Shown here: piece after piece, positions 60,461 to 64,000 of the stretch
Layout of the letters: each line of letters opens with the position of its first letter
Numbering within the stretch: the stretch's first letter is position 1
Source of the DNA: Mobula hypostoma
Lineage: Eukaryota
Assembly: GCF_963921235.1 (NCBI RefSeq)
Contig: NC_086097.1
Location: 55,678,001-55,742,000 of the forward strand
Length of the DNA stretch: 64,000 nt
Direction of reading: 5' to 3'
Notes under the pieces: model-generated
Seen by the model: only the letters and a program-made list of their open reading frames with translations
What the model was told of the DNA's origin: nothing
The model's database searches: none
Position numbers and translations under genes: made by a program

Positions 60461-63400
60461 GTGTGGGCAAATTGGGCCAATGGGCCTGCTGCCATACTGT
60501 AGGACTCTATTTCTCAGCCTCTGGCTAGTGAAGTGCAGGTTCAGTGATTGATTTACTGAGAACACCGTTCATATCCTGACAATGAACCTGGGGAATTTAA
60601 TTGTGTTGAATAACCTGCACATCAGTAATGATGACCACAAAACCAATAAATTGTTGTAAATACCCAGTATGCAGTAAATTGGAAGAAATACAGAGAATAG
60701 CCAGGAAACAAAGTATCTCAGGTGGGGTGCCTCAATATCCATCACTAAAGGTGGCTTGGTAGTGCCGGCAATAACCAAGCTCTGCTGTGTTTTGAAGACA
60801 TAGCAGTCATTTAAAGTGTGTGGCAGTATAGGGTGAGCCTACACATCCTTGACATCTCGTCAATCAAGTTGTTATCATGCATTGCTTGGTGTATACAGTT
60901 CTTATGCAGAGAAGCCTGCCTTCACACCATGGGCACCCACATTTCATGTTATCTGGCATGATTATTGCGATGTTTTCATTCAATTTACTTGCAAAATTTC
61001 AAGAAGATGTAATCCAAATTCATCTCTTGGATATTGAAAGAAAATCTACATACATATATTTAACCATCATATTTGTTTCAGCTGAATAACAACTTTTTTT
61101 TCCAGATGTATGGGCTGACTTGCAATGTAAACAAATAAATGCAATTTATTTCCCCCTATTGAAACAAACTAGAATTAGAATGCTGGTCTGATTCTTTCAA
61201 TCATCGCTTGGAAGGTTCACTGCTATTAAGATGAATTCGTGACCATTAATATTGCATTTGCAATGAACTCATCCTCATTTCTTGAACAATCCTCTAAGTA
61301 TTAAACATCAAGATTCTACAATTTATTTGAAACATGGAATTCGTAATTCAAAGTTAAAAGCTTATAGACAAACTACAAAACGGGTGGACCGAATCTTCCA
61401 TATTTCACATTGGCTGCTATTCTATTTTCATGTAATTAAACCACATTGGGAGCTCTAGTCTTATGCATTTGAGATGAGGCTTGAGAATTTTTGTACTCTC
61501 GCGTATTTCAGCAGATCTCAGAGCAGTGATTGTTTTTCTCATTCTTCTGAAACAAGAAGCAATTTTACAATCTTATTTAATCATTTGCATTGACTGAGTC
61601 CTGATCTGTACTCAAAGCTGGATTGTTGAGAAATTAATGATTGAATGAAGTGTGAATGATATGTGTTTAAATTTGTTACAAACTTTTTTTAAAAAATGTA
61701 CTATTTAAATTTTCTATGTAACCTTTCTGATTGGTTGATATAGTTACAGGCAGGCTGCTATTGTGAGCATTTTTCAAACATTCTTTACATTGTATATAAT
61801 GAAACTCCATAACGGCAACATTGAGTTGGAAAGAACATTTGGTGGAGTGGGTGTTGAAGATTCAAGTGGGTGTTTCATGGAACCAGTGAGGCAGAGTCTT
61901 TATGTGGTGAACTGGTGAAAAGGAACCACAGAGTGGCCAACGTTCGGGGTTATTTTAAAGGGCTGGTTATTGGCTACTTGCTGTTTTTCAATTGACAGTT
62001 TTTCGTTAGAATCAGTAGGTTTCGGTTCAAGTTCCATAGTAGAGACCTGATGGCAAAAAAATTAGAGTGTCATTGTCGGCTAACATTCCAATGAGGTACA
62101 GTTGGAGATTCAACTTTAAATTGAGAGTGCAAGTGGAATCCTATCTAATCTCTTAAATAATGACCCCAGAACACCTTTTCAATGAAGAACAAGGCAGCTA
62201 AAATGCTAGAAATACTTTGCAGGTCAAGCAGAATCAATGGAGGAGGAAAGAGTTAATATTTCAGTTTATCCCTGTTTCTTCTTACAGATTTCGCAGCATT
62301 TTCTGTTTCTGTTCAAAATTTTCATCTGTTGCAGTATATAGCTTCAGAGTTACCACTTTTCTTTCCTTATTATTTATCCCATGCTGCACATTAGGGAACA
62401 GGTTATCTGATAATTATCACGTTGTAAATCATGGGAGATGGTTCTGCCTAAACCATTTGTCAAATTTCCTCCATTGTAGCACTGATTACATTTTTCAAGG
62501 ACTTCATTCTTGTGCCAACCTGAAAGAGATGTGAAAAACTATATAAATGCAAATTAAATTCAATTTATTTACTGTTTCTTTTCTTTTCTCACTTTCTTTT
62601 GATGTTTCAAAAATTCCTGTTAAATTGTGATTTTATAAGTTGCTATAAGAGCCTGCTAGTTGGACTTCTTGCATGTTTAGCATACTTGCCATTTTCCAAT
62701 CTTGTGAATGGTAAAGATCTCCTTTCATTTTCCTTCAATTTAATAAAGATCTGTAATTTTAATTGCTTTCCTAGGAGTACAGTAACCCATCAAAAAAATC
62801 TTTCTTCAGTCAATCATAAACAGCATATGTGGCAATTGAAATAGTGGCCATGTCATTTCAGATTCTTTCACCTTGTCCTTTCTTCTTGACCATCCTTGTC
62901 ATGTCTCTCTGCTAAGATGGAAATCTATTGGTGCTGATTGTCTCTTGCCTAGGCTCACATGCAAACTTTCATTGACGGCAACAGACAATGAACTTCGGGC
63001 GTGCCAAAAGTCTTGACCATGTACTATTTAATGTATGAAATTCTACTGAGTTGCTGGGTAAAACTGAGAAGATGGATGCTGGCTACATTTTTAAAATCTT
63101 TTTTCTAACTATTGCGAATTGGGTTCAGTGACCATAAAACATTCAACTGATCAATGTAGTGCAGATAGATGATTCATATATATGTGGCTGACTTGGTAAC
63201 ATTCAGGGCCATAAAGTAATCAGTAACATGCTTGAAAAAGTTCCCGTGCAATTTTCTTCGTTTCTCTTCTGAAAACACTGATGTGTGCTAGAATCTTGCC
63301 AGTACAGACTATTGCAATGGGTGAAGATGTGGATTTGCGTGACTGGGCTAACTCACTATGGATATATGTGGAAATCACAAAGGAAATTGTGAAAAAAACT

Positions 63401-63550
63401 TAATCATTTCTTCTGTGACTTTCATCCATGCTGAAGCTTCAATATACAGTAGATTACAGGGAGCGTAATTAAGAGCTTAATACCTTGCTAACATTACTCT
63501 CACCTTCCCAATCTGTTTTGTGATCTGTGGTCATAAAGAAGGTTATAATA

Positions 63551-64000
63551 CTGTGGATTCTGGTCAATTGGGATACGTCAGGACTAGTTCATTTTGGCCC
63601 AATTAAGTGACTGCCCTAATTAGCTGTAGTTTCATAGAAATAGTAAAAAAGGTATAAAAAGACAAACTACCATTTAACTGAGTAACAAGTTATGCATTTG
63701 AATGAAATATAGAACAAATGATAATAGTATCAATATTACTACCGTGCTATAAAACTGTGTATTAGTTCCTAATAGTTATCGTTGGAGGAATTCATCTAAA
63801 CTAGCTGCTGTATTCTTTTGATTGATTGTAAATGAACAACATCAGCACAGACACCTGGTGTAGATAATGGACTGCCCTCATACAATACTATTGACAATTG
63901 CATACTTCAAATCTTCATTTTCATTGTAACAATGAAGATGATTGTCAATAACTTCAAATTATTTGTAGTCCCTAACTTGTTGAAATAGTGAAATCATTTC
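63551..64000 (-). mobile_element. Pogo/Tigger-like DNA transposon end (continues past the window)
   Basis: TA followed by CTGTGGATTCTGGTCAATTGGGA, a Tigger-like terminus with a subterminal CCCAATTAAG/CCTAATTAG repeat; acidic C-terminal remnant on the minus strand. Confidence 0.55.

Overview
This is vertebrate nuclear DNA dense in transposons, most likely from a shark or ray. That assignment is an inference from the HER1-like CR1 LINEs, an HE1-like V-SINE and Deu-SINE-like relics. No host protein-coding gene, rRNA, tRNA gene or CRISPR array is recognisable, and nearly all ORFs in the track derive from transposable elements (TEs) or are spurious. The window holds at least three CR1 LINE subfamilies, including a young pair about 99.5% identical, one with an intact ORF2 segment. 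It also holds Rex1/Babar LINEs, an RNase H-bearing I-group (Nimb-like) LINE, Neptune-type Penelope-like elements (PLEs), a Gypsy LTR+gag relic, several DNA transposons or MITEs (Tc1, Tigger-like, hAT, Harbinger and one unassigned family), SINEs and many nested insertions with readable target-site duplications (TSDs). The most interesting signal is a minimal hammerhead ribozyme (consensus AGTC-CTGAYGA-AGGGTCTCGGCCC-GAAA-CGTC^GACT) in the PLE terminal repeats, seen in about 8 copies. In one insertion the inverted arm ends within 0-2 nt of the predicted self-cleavage site, and independent insertions share other breakpoints. TE-poor stretches rich in TAAT motifs look like candidate conserved non-coding elements. 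Boundaries of degenerate elements are approximate.
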